Of a DNA stretch of 54,410 bases, positions 23,881-37,706 are shown piece by piece. The stretch covers positions 1 through 54,410 of the forward strand of contig KZ538676.1 of the NCBI GenBank assembly GCA_000934665.2, given 5' to 3'. Both the position numbers and the translations under genes were made by a program. Numbering within the stretch: the stretch's first letter is position 1; each line of letters starts with the position of its first letter. The stretch is from Catajapyx aquilonaris. Taxonomy: Eukaryota. Under the pieces are notes generated by a model that made no database searches, was not told where the DNA came from, and saw only the letters and a program-made list of their open reading frames with translations.

Positions 23881-26800
23881 TATTACTGTAAAGGTATACA
23901 GCGACAAGAATGAAAATTTATTGATTACAATCAAGGGACTCTTAAGTCTAAGTCAAAATTTTGCTAATTTTCATTCACCCGATGTTAGGGAGGTTATATA
24001 CAATATAGGCTACTAATTGCGTCAATAAACTCTTTTCCAATATAGGCTACTGTACATGAAACATATTTTGTATATAGGTAGCTAAAACTCTCCCCAGCGC
24101 TAAATATTTGAGAGGCCCGCGATATGCCTGAAAGCAACAATTTATTCATGGTGAATCTGAGTTCCCCATTCCGCAATTCACATGTACAAAAATATATGTG
24201 CTGCAGGGCATCGCTCTCCAACATCTGTATAAAAATTCTGCGTCAAACATTATAATACCTTTGATGTTGTACAGTGCCAGAGTCATGAAGGGGGTATGTG
24301 CGAGGGGCATTAACGCCCGTGTTTTGAGATGCCAGGAGCAAAATTGATTTTTTTATTGCAACATGCTGGAAAGCATTACGGTAAGTTGACTGCATGGTGG
24401 GTATAAAAGTCAGATAGCATGTAGCATCCAGCTCACGTTACTTAATTTCAACCATGTGCTAGTTTCCCTTTCCCTTTGATGATCAAGCCTCATGATTAAT
24501 TATTGCTACCGGCACCTAATTTCCGATTAAACTCGACAGTTACCGCGGTTTATTTTTTATACCTTGCCCCCCCCNCCGCGCCCGAAAACTGGTGGAATTT
24601 TGCACCATATGCGTTTGTACCTGTGCTGCTATGATACCCATAATTATCTTGGGATCCTTTTTCCTATTCCATTTCCCCGCTATTTGCGACTGTTGCATAG
24701 CTGAGGTCACGTTTCATGCTCTATGAAACCGAAACTGAAGCGAGCCGAACGCCAGAAAACCAGAGTTCACGTGATTATTATTCAAAGCACGTTCGGCTCC
24801 AGTGCAGAGGGATCATGTATCTTTATCAGTTCCAATCCTGATAAAATATTCCAGTGATTAACTAATTTAGTTTCGTCTCTGAAACAACGTTTGCACTAAA
24901 TGAACTGTTCTGATTTTAGGACGCCCCGAACGAATGCTGCGTTTAATCAGATATATGTTTTGCCATTTTCACCTCTTTGCAGAGTAATGATATTGATATA
25001 GGTTTGAAAATGTGTTTGGCACACTATGCCTATGAAGTGTGTATTTCATATCAGGAAAAATGTCTGTTGTTGTAGGTGATCACTCTAAGTGTGATACTGT
25101 AAATGTGCACACTGTGTTTCATTTTAATAGTCCTGCGGCTGAAGGATAGTGGGGATATTAGATTGAGAAATATGAGTCAACCACAATATTTTCAGACTGT
25201 GAATTTGAAGGAAGTTCGTGGAGAAAAAATTCTCTGCCAATCTTGAACAATCCACTTTTCGCTCAATAATATTAAGGACGTCGTGTGCAAACAAGGCTCA
25301 AATTTTGACACACTAACATACGTCTAGTCCTAATGTGATGATCTAAACTGAGTTTCAATCAGCCTGATTTCTCCGAGGACCTCAGCAGCTGTCCGTACGT
25401 CACCGAATCATCTGAGGGATGTATGACTAACGTGATTATTGCGGCTGCCAGTGGTGGTATAGTTTTCATTGTAGCCCGAATAAAAGGATATATGTGAGGA
25501 ACAGGGGGCCCAGTCATCCTCTAGGGACACAATACTCTATTAGTCCTCCCCGAAACATGTGTGCCATCCGTATACCCACACAAGCGGCTTTGAAGGACAT
25601 AACTTTCAACATCCCACATAGGCATATATAGGCCTATACAGGCCCTTTATTCCTTTGTGAATGCCATGCATGATGGAAAAGGTCCTTCGTTACTGTTTAC
25701 ACTCTCTTCATTCCAAGGCAACAATTTGAGAGCCCAGGGGAAGCCTTAGCGTCCCTTCGTAATGTACAATACCTACTTCTGCGGCCCTTTTAACCTGGCG
25801 TCGTAAACAGCCTACAGAGTTGGAAACCGCGTTTGTAGCAGGGGGTAGCAGCGACCGAGAGGATTACGATTGGCGGCGTCTAAGTCAAGCCATGTCGCGG
25901 ATCCGGGGTTAGTGGGGGGGGGGGAGAGAGAGAGAGAGAGAGAGAGTTCTTGGGTGTTGAAGGGAAGGGTAAGGGGGCACCCCTGGGGGAGGAAGAAAAG
26001 GAAGAAAAATCCCAGGGAAGATATCAGCAGCGAGGGAATGAGTTCCCATTCACCTGGTCTCCATTCACACCTCGCCAAATGGAAGGAGCCTGAAAAAAAG
26101 AGTTGGGCTCACCCTCCATATAACTCGCTCTCCAAAGCCTGTGGGGGATGGAAGGAGAGGTGAGGACAAAGAATTGGGGAGAAAAAAACCTCTAAAGCCC
26201 ATGGGTCTCAACAGGGCCAACGAACCTTTCTTTTAAACACTGTTACGATGCTACCGTATAATCAACATGTCTGGTTTCAAGCTAGCATCTGGATACCTGG
26301 TGTTTCCACCTTTCAAGAGATCTAGACCTTCAAGGCGGGGGAGGAGGAGGAGGAGGAGAGAGGAAGGGGAAGGTACCGAAGCGGAGGTTCAATCAGTTTG
26401 GCATCGAACCACAATATTATCAGTAATAATTTTTTTTTCCTTTTCCTTCTCTTCCGTCAGAGAATACTCACAACCAAGATCTATGCATTAATACGTGTCG
26501 GAAGTTTTTGCATGTGAGAATACTTTACCACATAGACCTATACTACAAGTATACGAATATTACTGTACTGTTACAGTATTTCTATACTGGCACAATGCAA
26601 GAAAGTTTGGACAAATATGGTAAGAATCTTGTGCTGTGGGCCTTTTTAGACCCCAACATTTGATACAATCTAAAAAGATAATATTAGCTGTGTTTTAGGA
26701 ATTTTAAAGGAAAGCCTAATATAAAAGAATTTGTTTAAAAATACACATATTTTTTTGCGATTGATTAAACTTCTACTTTGCGAAACACCACCTGTGCCTT

Positions 26801-27078
26801 TGCATGCTGCCACAATATTCTGAGGGAATATCACGCCATAGATTTATGTGTTGTCTGCTAAATGTCCACAATACTTTGTGTTACAATACTGATGGCGTCT
26901 TGAACAAGCGTAGTGTATAGCTACTAATTTTCGTGGCTACTTCTCAGTGTACCAGTAAGTATCACTTACAATTGAGCATTATAATCATGGAAAAAGATTA
27001 AAATTGCAATGTCTCGACTAAACCAATTTTTGGCCACTTCATCTGTCTAAAAGTAGAGTTATGCTTTCCTATGATATA

Positions 27079-27469
27079 CAGGGTGGTCACAAATTCGTCT
27101 GCCAAAAAAATATGGGTGGTAGGGGGTGCATATACAAGAAGCATGGAATGGGCCCGAAAGGCCGGAGACGACGTCGACGATGTCTATCCTGACATGTATG
27201 GATACCCCCGCACATGACTGCATCGCTGGTTTCCGGAGTCAGGCGGTTGAGCAACGCAACGGTCTGGGAGTGCGAGCGCCTGACCCCGGCAACCAGCAAT
27301 GCAGACATGTACGGGGGTATCCACACTTGTCAGGATAGACATTGTCGATGTCAAAGGTCGACATCTCCAAAATGGATCGTCGCCGGCCTTTCTGACCCAT
27401 GCCATGCCTCTTCCATACTCACCCCCTACCATCTGTATCATACAGGCAGATGAATTCGTAACCACCCTG
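27079..27469. mobile_element. GC-rich palindromic Tc1/mariner MITE, copy 1
   Basis: TA-CAGGGTGG ... CCACCCTG; self-complementary over most of its length; second copy at 47275-47636. Confidence 0.9.
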
Positions 27470-30049
27470 TGTAAAGAGTTACATGGCGGGACAAACAAAC
27501 AAAGAGGGAAATGTTACTTTTTGATATCAACTCGTGCAAAGGGAAAAGGTTAAGAGTCTTGCCATAAATATTTTGGACACCCGCCAACACTTCTCTAAGA
27601 GACCGAGTTTGGCGCCATGATTGGTCAGTGCCGGAGCGTGTCCAAATTCCCCTGCAAAAAATTTTTACACTTTAAGTGATTACTTCAACGGTGTTAGAGT
27701 GCCTGTATCACTTTTGATCACGTATAAAAAGAAGCCTATTTGGTTAACTATCCGTGGAGTGTGGCCAGGTGAGGCGCAAACTTTCGCACTCCGGACCGTA
27801 CTTAGCGAGATTGGCTCCAGGCTGAAATATTCAAGAAGGCTAGAAGCGGAATTATTATCTCCAACAGTGGATGCTCATCTTTTACTTTTATAGTCGGGAT
27901 AGCTGCTACATTGTTTGCTTCTAGCTTCGGGGAACACAAGCCAATTCCCTGCTCTCCCGCGACTCAGCCCCATCCACAACGTCCAAAGCAGCAGTTTCGT
28001 GTAACTTATTATTGCTTGTAAAACAGTTCCCTTTGCAGCACACCGACCTCGTCAGAGAGCAAGGATAGTGGGGTAGCCAATCCAGACATAGAGTACGAGA
28101 AAAAGTAAGTGGCAAAATATCTCCAAAGTTTGAATCAAGAGAATTTTGGAGCTCACATTCGTATTTTGAGGACTCTCCGTCCCTGTGAAATCACCTTCAA
28201 GTTTGGTGTGGAATTCTGCACACCATTTGAATGGGCTTTACTGTGTATGTAAGTTACACACTTAGATGAGGCCAATGAATATTATTGTAAATGAGCTTCA
28301 GCAATATTGTTTTCAATATGTCTGCGACCTCAATCGTTATTCTGAAACACCAAAAATCAACTCTATGATAATAGGTCTATTACCTACATACTGATTAGCC
28401 CCTACAATTAATTAATGAAACAGTTTCCAGCGTAACACACAAAATTACCTGCCACAAAAACCACGAACCTGAATATACGTAACAGTTATTTTAAAACTAC
28501 TGAAAAAAATGGAATCAAACCGCCGCCATTGACTCTCTCCATGTGTACATACAAAAAGGACATTAATTGCCGGAGATTGTGCAAAAATGAGACTATTAAT
28601 TGGGACGTTATGTGATTGACATGAAATGCTGTGTGCACTGCCTAAATTAGTGCAAACCAAAATTAATAAATGGGCGTAATAATTTAGCAATCTGCTCAGA
28701 AATTAACTTAGTTATTTGTACGCGGCTTAATGGATGCGGCCCCCTCCCTACCCCTCTTTTTATTGAGTTGTCTGCATGAGGAAGGCGCGTAAATAGACGC
28801 GCACACGATGTGAATAATCCACAAGACGAATCCGTAATGAAACTCGTTCTTAAAATGCGCGCTTGTCATCATTTAATTGCACGTAACGTGCGCGCGCCCA
28901 CATTTTCCATTATCCAAACACTAATTAATTATGATCATCATCACTACGCTGTATTATTTATTTGCAACTTCAAATGCACCGCTGTAGTTGGGATATTAAT
29001 TATGCAATCTGATTGAGCCCCATTTTACTTGCCATGTTTGTTGGTATCCAGGAGAGTAAATTTAATCTAGTGAATTTTGAAAAGGCGCTTGGGTCTCGCT
29101 GCACGGAAACTAACCACATAAAAAGGTATGGCTTCCCTTCTTGTCTATCAGTACTTGCATGCAAATGCTTCCATACATTTGTTCTTCATATCATAATATG
29201 TACTTGGTATATACAATGAACTATATAGCACTCCAGTCATCTTGTTTAACCAGTCAAAAAATTTGTCTTCTCATTGCCAAGATTTCGGAAAATTAATTAT
29301 AACATAATTTTGGGGTCGGGTTGTGCGAGCTCCTTACACATGATATAAATGCCCAATTTTGAAATGTGCTATTTTTGCAAAACTGCCAGCTTATCCTACA
29401 TCTCGTATGACTGAGAGTCACACGACCGACATCCAACGTGGCTGCTCCCACATGCCACAACAACGCAACGGACGCCTATTAGTTGGTGCTCCGGGCCCCC
29501 CCTCTTTTTGTACGAACAGACTCAATTCGCCCCGGTTGCGCCCCGGGATCGGTTCAGATTTGCCCTCGGCCCTTAGTGGAGGCCTATATCACACAATTTG
29601 CTGCAGGGCAGTCCTGGCCAATACAATCGGATAAAAATGTTTTCCAGGAAATGGGTGGAATTTGGGACATTTACAATTAGGCGAGATTGCATGGAAGATT
29701 TGGCAAAATGTGGGCCCAACGATTTTTTCTGTTTATGGCAGATTTTGTGCTGGGAAAATGCTGGAATTTGAGAATATATTACTTTCTACAACCTGCACTA
29801 GTTAAGCAAGTTTTTGTATAAATTCAAATTAAGGACAAAATCTTTAATTATGTACTGGGAATATCTATATTAACTTATATTACTTAAACGTAGATTTTTT
29901 CTAATTTGCTTTTGCACAACCAGCCCTAAATCTAAGTTGTGTGATGTCACCTCCACAACCGGTAGGCCTATTATCCTGTATATTGGTCGACTCAACTGTA
30001 GCGTATATGCTGGAGAAGGCATAATATCAAGGCGTCACAATATTATCAT

Positions 30050-30572
30050 GTTATAATTATTCAAGCAATGTACACTGTCTAATCCCAGTCTGGCTCAATT
30101 CCAGCAAATGATTTGAACGTGAGTAACAGCCTAATGAGGGGTACTGTACATGGTGTTTCTTACTAGTGGGACATCCGCACGACAGCGTACTCGTTGGGCC
30201 AAAACAAGTCGAAAATGTATTGGTGGAAAATACCAAGGGACTAACCAGTGATGAACTAGGGAGATCACTCCGGAGATTTACATGCGCACTTGCAGTGGGA
30301 TACGAGCTTGATAATGAATCATGATTACTGCAAATGAGGCTATCTCGTAAATTCTCAGCAGTAATCTGTGTGGCGCTCATATCCTGCTCCCTATGCAACT
30401 GTTGTTAGGTGAGCAGGTCAATATTATAGGAAGGTGTCGTGTGTGTTGCCGCGTGTGTCTATGTGCGGGCAAATGTCTACCCCTCGACTGATTGGTCATC
30501 CGACATTTCTTCCTCCGAAATTTTTGTTTTGTTGCGACGTTTACGCTTGCGGCCGGAATAAGAAACACCCTG
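30050..30572 (-). mobile_element. Possible Tc1-like 5' relic
   Basis: GAAACACCCTG+TA terminus at 30572; minus ORF 30057-30398 only loosely resembles a Tc1 HTH region. Confidence 0.3.
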
Positions 30573-32480
30573 TAAAGCACATGATATTTGGAAGTGAGAT
30601 TACATGGTGTCATTATTTATATTGTGCAGCTTTCAACAATGTACAGACTATACGTATAAATAAATGTTAGTGTGTGAGCACCCAACGTCCCTTCTTCACA
30701 GTCAAAAACTTCCTCTCTGGGCTTCTCCAAAATGTAAAAGGGACTTGTACGGAATATCGGCAAACAAAATCTCATCTCCATTCAAAATTCGGTGGATGTT
30801 GTTGCTGGCACAGTACTATACACACTCGCCGTCTAGAATAAGAATTTCAATGCCTGCAATTTTGCTCGCCAACTCTCTTCCACTTTGGCCCTAACCCTCT
30901 TAAGTCAGCATAAAAAGGGTTGAGATGGAATTCTCTAGCAAAGAGTCCCGTGTAAGTCCACAGCTACAAGGATAAAGAAGAAACTTTCCTCTACCATTTT
31001 TTTCACTTTCCTGTTGGAGGAAAAGCAGGGGTGGGGGAGAGCTGATCCCCTGGAGTTATCGGCTTTTTCCCAATGAATCTTTTGATCATTGAGCGTTTTT
31101 TCTGAGCTTCAATTTTGTGAATGCCCTGGCAAAATTGGTTTTCCAAATTGCGCTGGCAGATGCAAAGAGAGGAACACGAGAGCTCACAAATGGGGCGTTT
31201 AGTTTCTCTCCAGTGGTGTCCATCATAACCAAATTGACATGAATATAACCCCCCTAGAGAGGTATTAGGTCATTAGATTAACTGCAACAAATTAATTCAC
31301 TGGCATCACGAAATAATTACAGCCTAATCCTATGCCTTTGGACCCTATATATGCACTCTTGGGTGAGCTTCCCAAAGAACGGTTAAGAAGCGTATAGCGG
31401 CCAAGACAAAAGGAGAGGCTCCCAAACGCGAGTTTAAAGTTCCTCTTAAGACAGATGCAGTTGGCAAGAGCAAGCTGGTAAAGGACGTTTAGGGTGTCTT
31501 GGGCGCCATCATTTCCGCAGTCAAATGGCGGCGTTAAGTAAGCAATTGGCGCCGGATTAAAAGGCGCACAGCAGGCGTCGTTGGAGGCAGGCAGAGGATG
31601 GAGGCAGCCATATTATAAGCTTCTAAGCCACTCCCGAATAATGAGATGGAGCGTTTCTTTTCCAAATTCTGCACGGAGCTTAAGCTTTAGCCAAGACACT
31701 TGCAGCTTTGCGGATCAAATGACCAATCTTTTACTCATCATGAGTTCTCAGTAATATTCGGCATTTCAGATGCTTCTAATAGCTGTAGAATTTAAAAGGT
31801 CCACTACAAACGGGACTCGGGGCCTTTTCAAAATCATATTCTGCAGCTAATTATATAGTGAGGGACTGAAGATAGTAAGGAAAGGAGAGAAAGAGGCGAA
31901 CATACGTCTTAATATAATACTGAGTTTGGCGCCCTCCACTGAGGATCTTATTCGCATCCAACATGCTCCATTTGAGCAACACAGAAATTCTACTGCATAT
32001 AACTAATTAATTATACGAATATATTACATGAAAGATTGTCGGTTTCGGGCAAATATTATTTTTATTTCGTAATTCCCATCAGAGGTTTGAATACTAATCT
32101 AATCTTAAATTAATCGCACATATTTAATCATGTTAATACAGTAAATCATCAATATTTATTTTGAATAACAGAAACATCCTGTGATATTAATGCATTGCAT
32201 GTCTCAATATAATGCTACAGCATAATTTACGGTAAAAAAAGATTATCTACACTTTTTTCCACGTCAGCTATGTCTCGAGTAATTTTTTAAAACTGTTGGC
32301 TGGTTAATATTATTTTACTCCTTCCCCCGATAAGTAATCGTAGAAATAGTGTACTTTGAGCAGTTGGTAAAAACTCTTAATCATGTGGCACTGTTACTGT
32401 ACAGTAGTTATAAACTAGAAAATAATAATATGCATTAGGTTATGTCCGGGACACAAGCCGAAAGTTTTTGACGCGAATAA

Positions 32481-33256
32481 GTCTTTAAAATCGGACCAGT
32501 ACTGCGGGGCATGCGAGAAAAGTCGACCGTTACAAAACTGGGTGATATGTTCGTTACCGTTACGATAATTCTTTTCTAAGCAATCCTCCATGTACTGCAT
32601 TGTCTTCTAGCATCTTGCGCGTAATGGTGTATGGGTATGGGTCGTGCAGTTGTACTGTACCATAGTACTCGGTGACTCATCCGCTCAGCCGAGACGGTGC
32701 AACTTTCTTCGTCTGTATACTCTCTCTGTCGTTCTGCATTTGACTTCTTGGGCTCCGTGTGTTCCTTACGAGCTGCTCTTTCGTCTCGTATGCGTTTGGT
32801 CTACTTCTGCTGAGCTTTAGCATGCAATTTCGACGACATATGAAATTTTCAATTTTCGTCTACCTGAAGCTCCCTTTTTACACGGTTCTCGTCGTTCACG
32901 ATGATATTTGGCCAATATAAACAGTAGCGTATTTCGTTAACTTTCGAATGACACCACTTCCGTAGTCCTCACTCGATTCAATCCTAAGTTACACCGGCCC
33001 GAATCCCGCTGCGCACGGTAGAATTGGGTCATTTTACCGACCCCCTCCCTACGCGGGCCCCCTGACCTTAAGCGTCCGGTCCGAAGGACACGTCAGGTAC
33101 GGGAAACCTTGGTATACACGACAGTATACAGTATATATCCTTTGGATGTTACTTTTAGTTTTGAAGTTATAAAACGAAACATTATCACCCATTTTTGTAA
33201 CGCGTAACGTTCGACTTTTCTTGCATGCCCCCCAGTACTGATCCGATTTTAAAGAC
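32481..33256. mobile_element. Inverted-repeat-bounded element carrying a coding relic
   Basis: About 75-85-bp IR (32481-32556 vs 33173-33256); interior minus strand encodes KKSNAERQREY. Confidence 0.6.
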
Positions 33257-34870
33257 GTACGACTCTTACTCTCGTATTCATGTCAAAATTTGCCTTTACC
33301 TCTGTTTCCCCTCGAATCCCATATTGTACATATGCTATAGTATGTATAGATGGGGCAGTAACTCATGCAGAAGAATGGATGGGTATAATATATAGCAATG
33401 CCAAGCGAGATCTGAAGCTTTTGTTCTATTATTATAACACCCGATATTTGCAATTTTTCCATAATTTCTGAAATAATCGATCCTCAAAATAATGCCTCTT
33501 GCTTGCCATATGAATGTTAGCATACATGTTTCTAGTTAGGGCATTTTTGTCTATCATGGGTGGTAGCTGAGTGATACAGACAGCACGATGCGACATTCCC
33601 TATTATTATTGGTATGAGCCGTGGACATTACATTTTTTGGCGATGAGAAGGTTTCAGTTGTGAGGCAAAATGTGTGAGAGAAAACGTATCCAGACAGGAG
33701 AAGCACAGTGCTTGCATACATATTTAGGCCAAATAGCAGACTATAATCATTCTATTCTTTCCTGTCGTTTGTACTCGATTTGGTCCCTTCTGACATTCAC
33801 CTCCTACGATACTTGAAGAATCATTCATATAGTAGAAAACATTGCAGGTGGTCATGTTGTATTGTTGTTACACTCGAAATGTCTTATTTGATCCTCCGGT
33901 ACTGGTCATTCGACTGAATTTTATGAGTTTCCTGGGGAGGTGATTGTTTTTCAGAAGACCACCGCCAGTTCCTTCCTTGTCGTTCTCTGATGGTACAGTA
34001 TTATGTACATGTCGTGTTCAGAAATTAGCTCCCTGATTGGCTGGCAAGTGTCTCCCTACGCACTGTGATGCTGGGGAGTTTGTGAATTAGGGAATGAACA
34101 AGAAGCAGTAAGAAGGTTATGAGTAATGGTGCCTCAGTGGCAGTGGGTTAACCACTCGACTGTAAAGTGTACATTGGAGTACCAAATTCAAGGAGTACCT
34201 GGGAGTACCACTGCAGGTGTACACCGGAGTAGCTACCGAAGTAGTTACCCCCTTGGCATCCATAGTAAACGTGCTTGTCTTAAACCGAGAAGTTGCTCCA
34301 ACCTGACAAGGCCCGGCACCGAATTTGAGACCTATCTATAGCCCTAATCCCTAACCCTGCATGCTAGGTAATCTGCCAAATCCATCCCGTTATAATATTC
34401 ACTCTGACTTGCACTGTGCTTGACTTTGAGCAGTGAACCACACTTCTTCTTTCAAAACGTGTACAGAGAAGTGAAGCATCGCAACAACTACTGGCAACCG
34501 ACTTGTGACTCTTGTGAATCTGGCCCCAGCAGGTGCCAGAAATAACCAGAGTCACGCTTCTATTATTTCATCGGGTAACAGAGGATAGAGTAGGTTATCT
34601 GAGTGAAGGAGCTGCTCTTATATTCTGTCAAGATATTTAGACCCGAAATAAACCGGGCTGGGAATCAGGCTCGAAACCGTTTCCCAGTGCTCACCTGCAA
34701 GACCGTAGTACATTCTCAGATGCAAATTTTTCCATTTGGGTCCAGCGAGTAAGCCCTGGCGACCCGAGCTTTAAGCCTGGAAAAGTACCCTGAGCACCAA
34801 ATAAAAGCCCGGAGGAGACTTGGGCCTTTTGCAGCGTCTGGCATTGGCCCAAAATGTCCAAGAAAAAAAC

Positions 34871-34872
<2 letters not shown>

Positions 34873-34922
<50 letters not shown>
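34873..34922. repeat. (GA)n microsatellite
   Basis: Directly visible. Confidence 0.98.
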
Positions 34923-34924
<2 letters not shown>

Positions 34925-35802
34925 CTCCCATCCCACCCTTCACCCTCCCTCATATACCCACTACCCATATAAGAAGAGACGGAGCCATCTCTACCGCAAT
35001 GCAGAAAAGTCCTCCTTTGCTTCCTCTGCCATTTCTCCACAGCCTCCCAAACACCATCATCAAACTGGCGACCTTTCTTTTTTTCCCTTTTTTCATCCCT
35101 TTTTTGGGAAAGAGGGGAGTGGGGGAAGGAGAGGACCCTACAAAGACTTTTCTATAGACTGGAAGGTCTTGATTGCCAAGCTCAGCTCAGGAATTCAAAA
35201 TCAAATTCGTTCCTTATCTGTCTTTACCTTCGATCTCTCAGGGTCGCCACGATGATCAGGTGCACAACCTCTGACTCCAAGAGTTCGAATGCACCTTATA
35301 GAGAATGTGCTCCAATTGAAATGTTCCTATCACGTGACTTTTTGACTCATAAATCTGTTTATAGTTAAGCAGGAGCGCTGCATTTCAAGTCTTCAGAATT
35401 TTTCTTGTTATAACTTACGCATTTTCTGTTACGAGAAGTAGACAAAATATAGAGGAAAGTGAGCATACCTTAATAATTGGTATGATTTTTGACATTTTTT
35501 CTATCAGATTGCTGGAATCACAATATGCCCAATACATTGTTGTCGGTGGTTTATTGGAAACAGGCGCTCTGTGTCTCCCAGGGAGCCTTATCGCCGCAAT
35601 CATGACCAACCAACAAACGATCTGGAAAGAAAGACAGCTGAAATTTAGTACGGCATAGTAGAAGGGGAAGAGAGATTTTCGAGTCTTGAAGAAACGGGTG
35701 AGCCTGAGAAAACCCACGCGGACACTGAAAAAACTTTTTGAATATAAGTTTATTTCCACATAAGATAAACATATTTGTCTGACCAGAGATCAGACGAGGG
35801 AG

Positions 35803-35885
35803 AACTTTTGGATAACTGATATCGCCCGACATCGGTTATTTTTTGTAAGTTAGCTTGTTGTGCCCCTAACCATGTGCTCCATTAT
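35803..35885. repeat. Partial arm of the 23664-23880 MITE family
   Basis: Shares ACTGATATCGCCCG and TAGCTTGTTGTGCCCCTAACCATGTGCTCCATT. Confidence 0.7.
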
Positions 35886-35985
35886 ATAGCAGTAGTTCAA
35901 TATAAAAACACACCCAAATAAAAAGTAGTAATAATGCATTTTTGTAGGTTTGCATATAACTCATAGTCCTTATTAGAATAAAATA

Positions 35986-36235
35986 CGGTGTGTTCCAAGT
36001 ATCGAGGCCTTTTAGTTATCGCAAATTTCGCCTGAATTTGTCGTTTTAGTAGCTTTTTGCTATCCTTTGGAGGTACCCAACTATTCACCGATGTGGTCAA
36101 AGATCGAGCTGAGCTGGAATAATTATTGGTCACATCGATTGGGGCCAAAAAATGTAACACAAAAGTAAATAAGTCTTACTGTCTCAGCAAAATTTACAAC
36201 TAAAAGGACCACAATAGCCTACTTGAAACGCCCTG
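35986..36235. mobile_element. Degenerate TA-flanked MITE
   Basis: TA-CGGTGTGTTCCAAGT ... ACTTGAAACGCCCTG-TA imperfect TIRs. Confidence 0.5.
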
Positions 36236-37449
36236 TAATATGGAACACCGTAGAAGTTGGCGCGCCGGCTTTACAGTATAAGTCGTGCGCATATTACATA
36301 ATCCATATAACATGAATTCCTCTCTCCCTTTGTTTACCTTAACATCTTATGCCCCCCCTCCCGCCCCCTTCATGTCTCATTACTATGGACTCTCCTTGTA
36401 GAAACACGTCTTATAGCTATGCGTGCTTTTTCATTCCCCATACGATGTGACCTTTACTAATTTTTACATGCTGTTACTATAGGCATTATTTAGTACCTCG
36501 TAAGTTTTTCGTGTCCCTTGTCGATGAACCGAACCCGCCATTTCTTTGACACCAGAATCCCCGAAGGAAACGAGAGAGCCCCGATATGATTTATGAGGCC
36601 CTCTGTGGCCACGGCCAATGCAAGATTTACGAGGCATAACTTTTCTTTTCCCGCCCTTTTTGCTAAGAACAAAGGATTCCCGCCCCGCTGGCGAACTCGG
36701 CATCATCTCGCGGAAAAAAAACCAACATTCCACGCCATCTTTTGATTTCCTGGACACACAACCGCCCCGCTACTAATGCACCGACACGGAATCTGGCCAC
36801 AAAGGAAGGCTTTCAAGCAAACAAAGGAGGGCAATTGCCCCTGAAGACGGATTGCCGTCAGTGGACACTTGTCAACGTCATTGGAGACTATTATTCCTGT
36901 TTCCTCAAGCCTCAACGTAGGTTATCTTGTCAACTGAAATTGGAACTTTAGTGTCTCGTTATACGGACCCTCATCTGAAACTGCTCCCCCTCCCCCTCCC
37001 CCCCAAAAAAAACCTGTTTTGAAGAAAAGTTGGGGCGCACAGCCATTTTTGTAATCTGCTCCGCGGAGTGGCAGATATAATTTTGAATTAAAAATCTCAT
37101 TAATATCATCATTACAGAGAACCTTGGGACTTGGGCCAAATGTCCTCCACAGACTACAATGTTATCGACTAACTGTGCTTTGCACAGTCTCCTCTTTCAA
37201 GTGAATGACCTGCTAGAAGTGGGCGGTTTTCATAGCGCACATAAGGGTTCGTCTTCCCGATTCTAAGTAGCAGCTCATAATACTATATTTTGGGTGGCCT
37301 ATGGCCTCTATAGCGCTTGCCATTTCTTTGTTGCGGGGGAATAATTTTCGCAGAGGGCGGTGAAAGGCGTCAAATATATGAACACGCAAAATGAATAACT
37401 CTAGGATATAGCGTCTGTTCCAATTAAGGTGGCCGTTTTAGTAAGCTAC

Positions 37450-37451
<2 letters not shown>

Positions 37452-37520
<69 letters not shown>

Positions 37521-37706
37521 TTCCCATCTCTATGGCCTATACGCCGTGTGGCCGCTTCGTCCAAAGTATATTCAAATATATTGTATATCACAAACATAAG
37601 TTTGGAGCAGACAGCACAAAATAATATGTATGATTGAAACAAATGATGTTCAGGTATATGCATGCATCATACGGTGTAAAAGCGAGCCTATAGTTATTGA
37701 TCCAAA
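37452..37706 (-). mobile_element. 5'-truncated non-LTR retroposon with (ATT)n tail
   Basis: 14-bp TSD TTAGTAAGCTACTT at 37438-37451 and 37707-37720; long trinucleotide tail preceded by a GGCC..GGCC stem-loop. Confidence 0.8.

Noticed and set aside
25327..25420. Box C/D snoRNA-like arrangement (GTGATGA at 25335, CTGA at 25412, TCCT/GGGA flanks)
   Set aside because: The terminal stem is offset from canonical K-turn geometry, there is no clear C' box and I could not match a guide to rRNA.
34691..35255. ORFs with ER/SL runs (similar cases at 25870, 43852, 37424, 7234, 5530)
   Set aside because: Open frames are by-products of microsatellites and low-complexity DNA.
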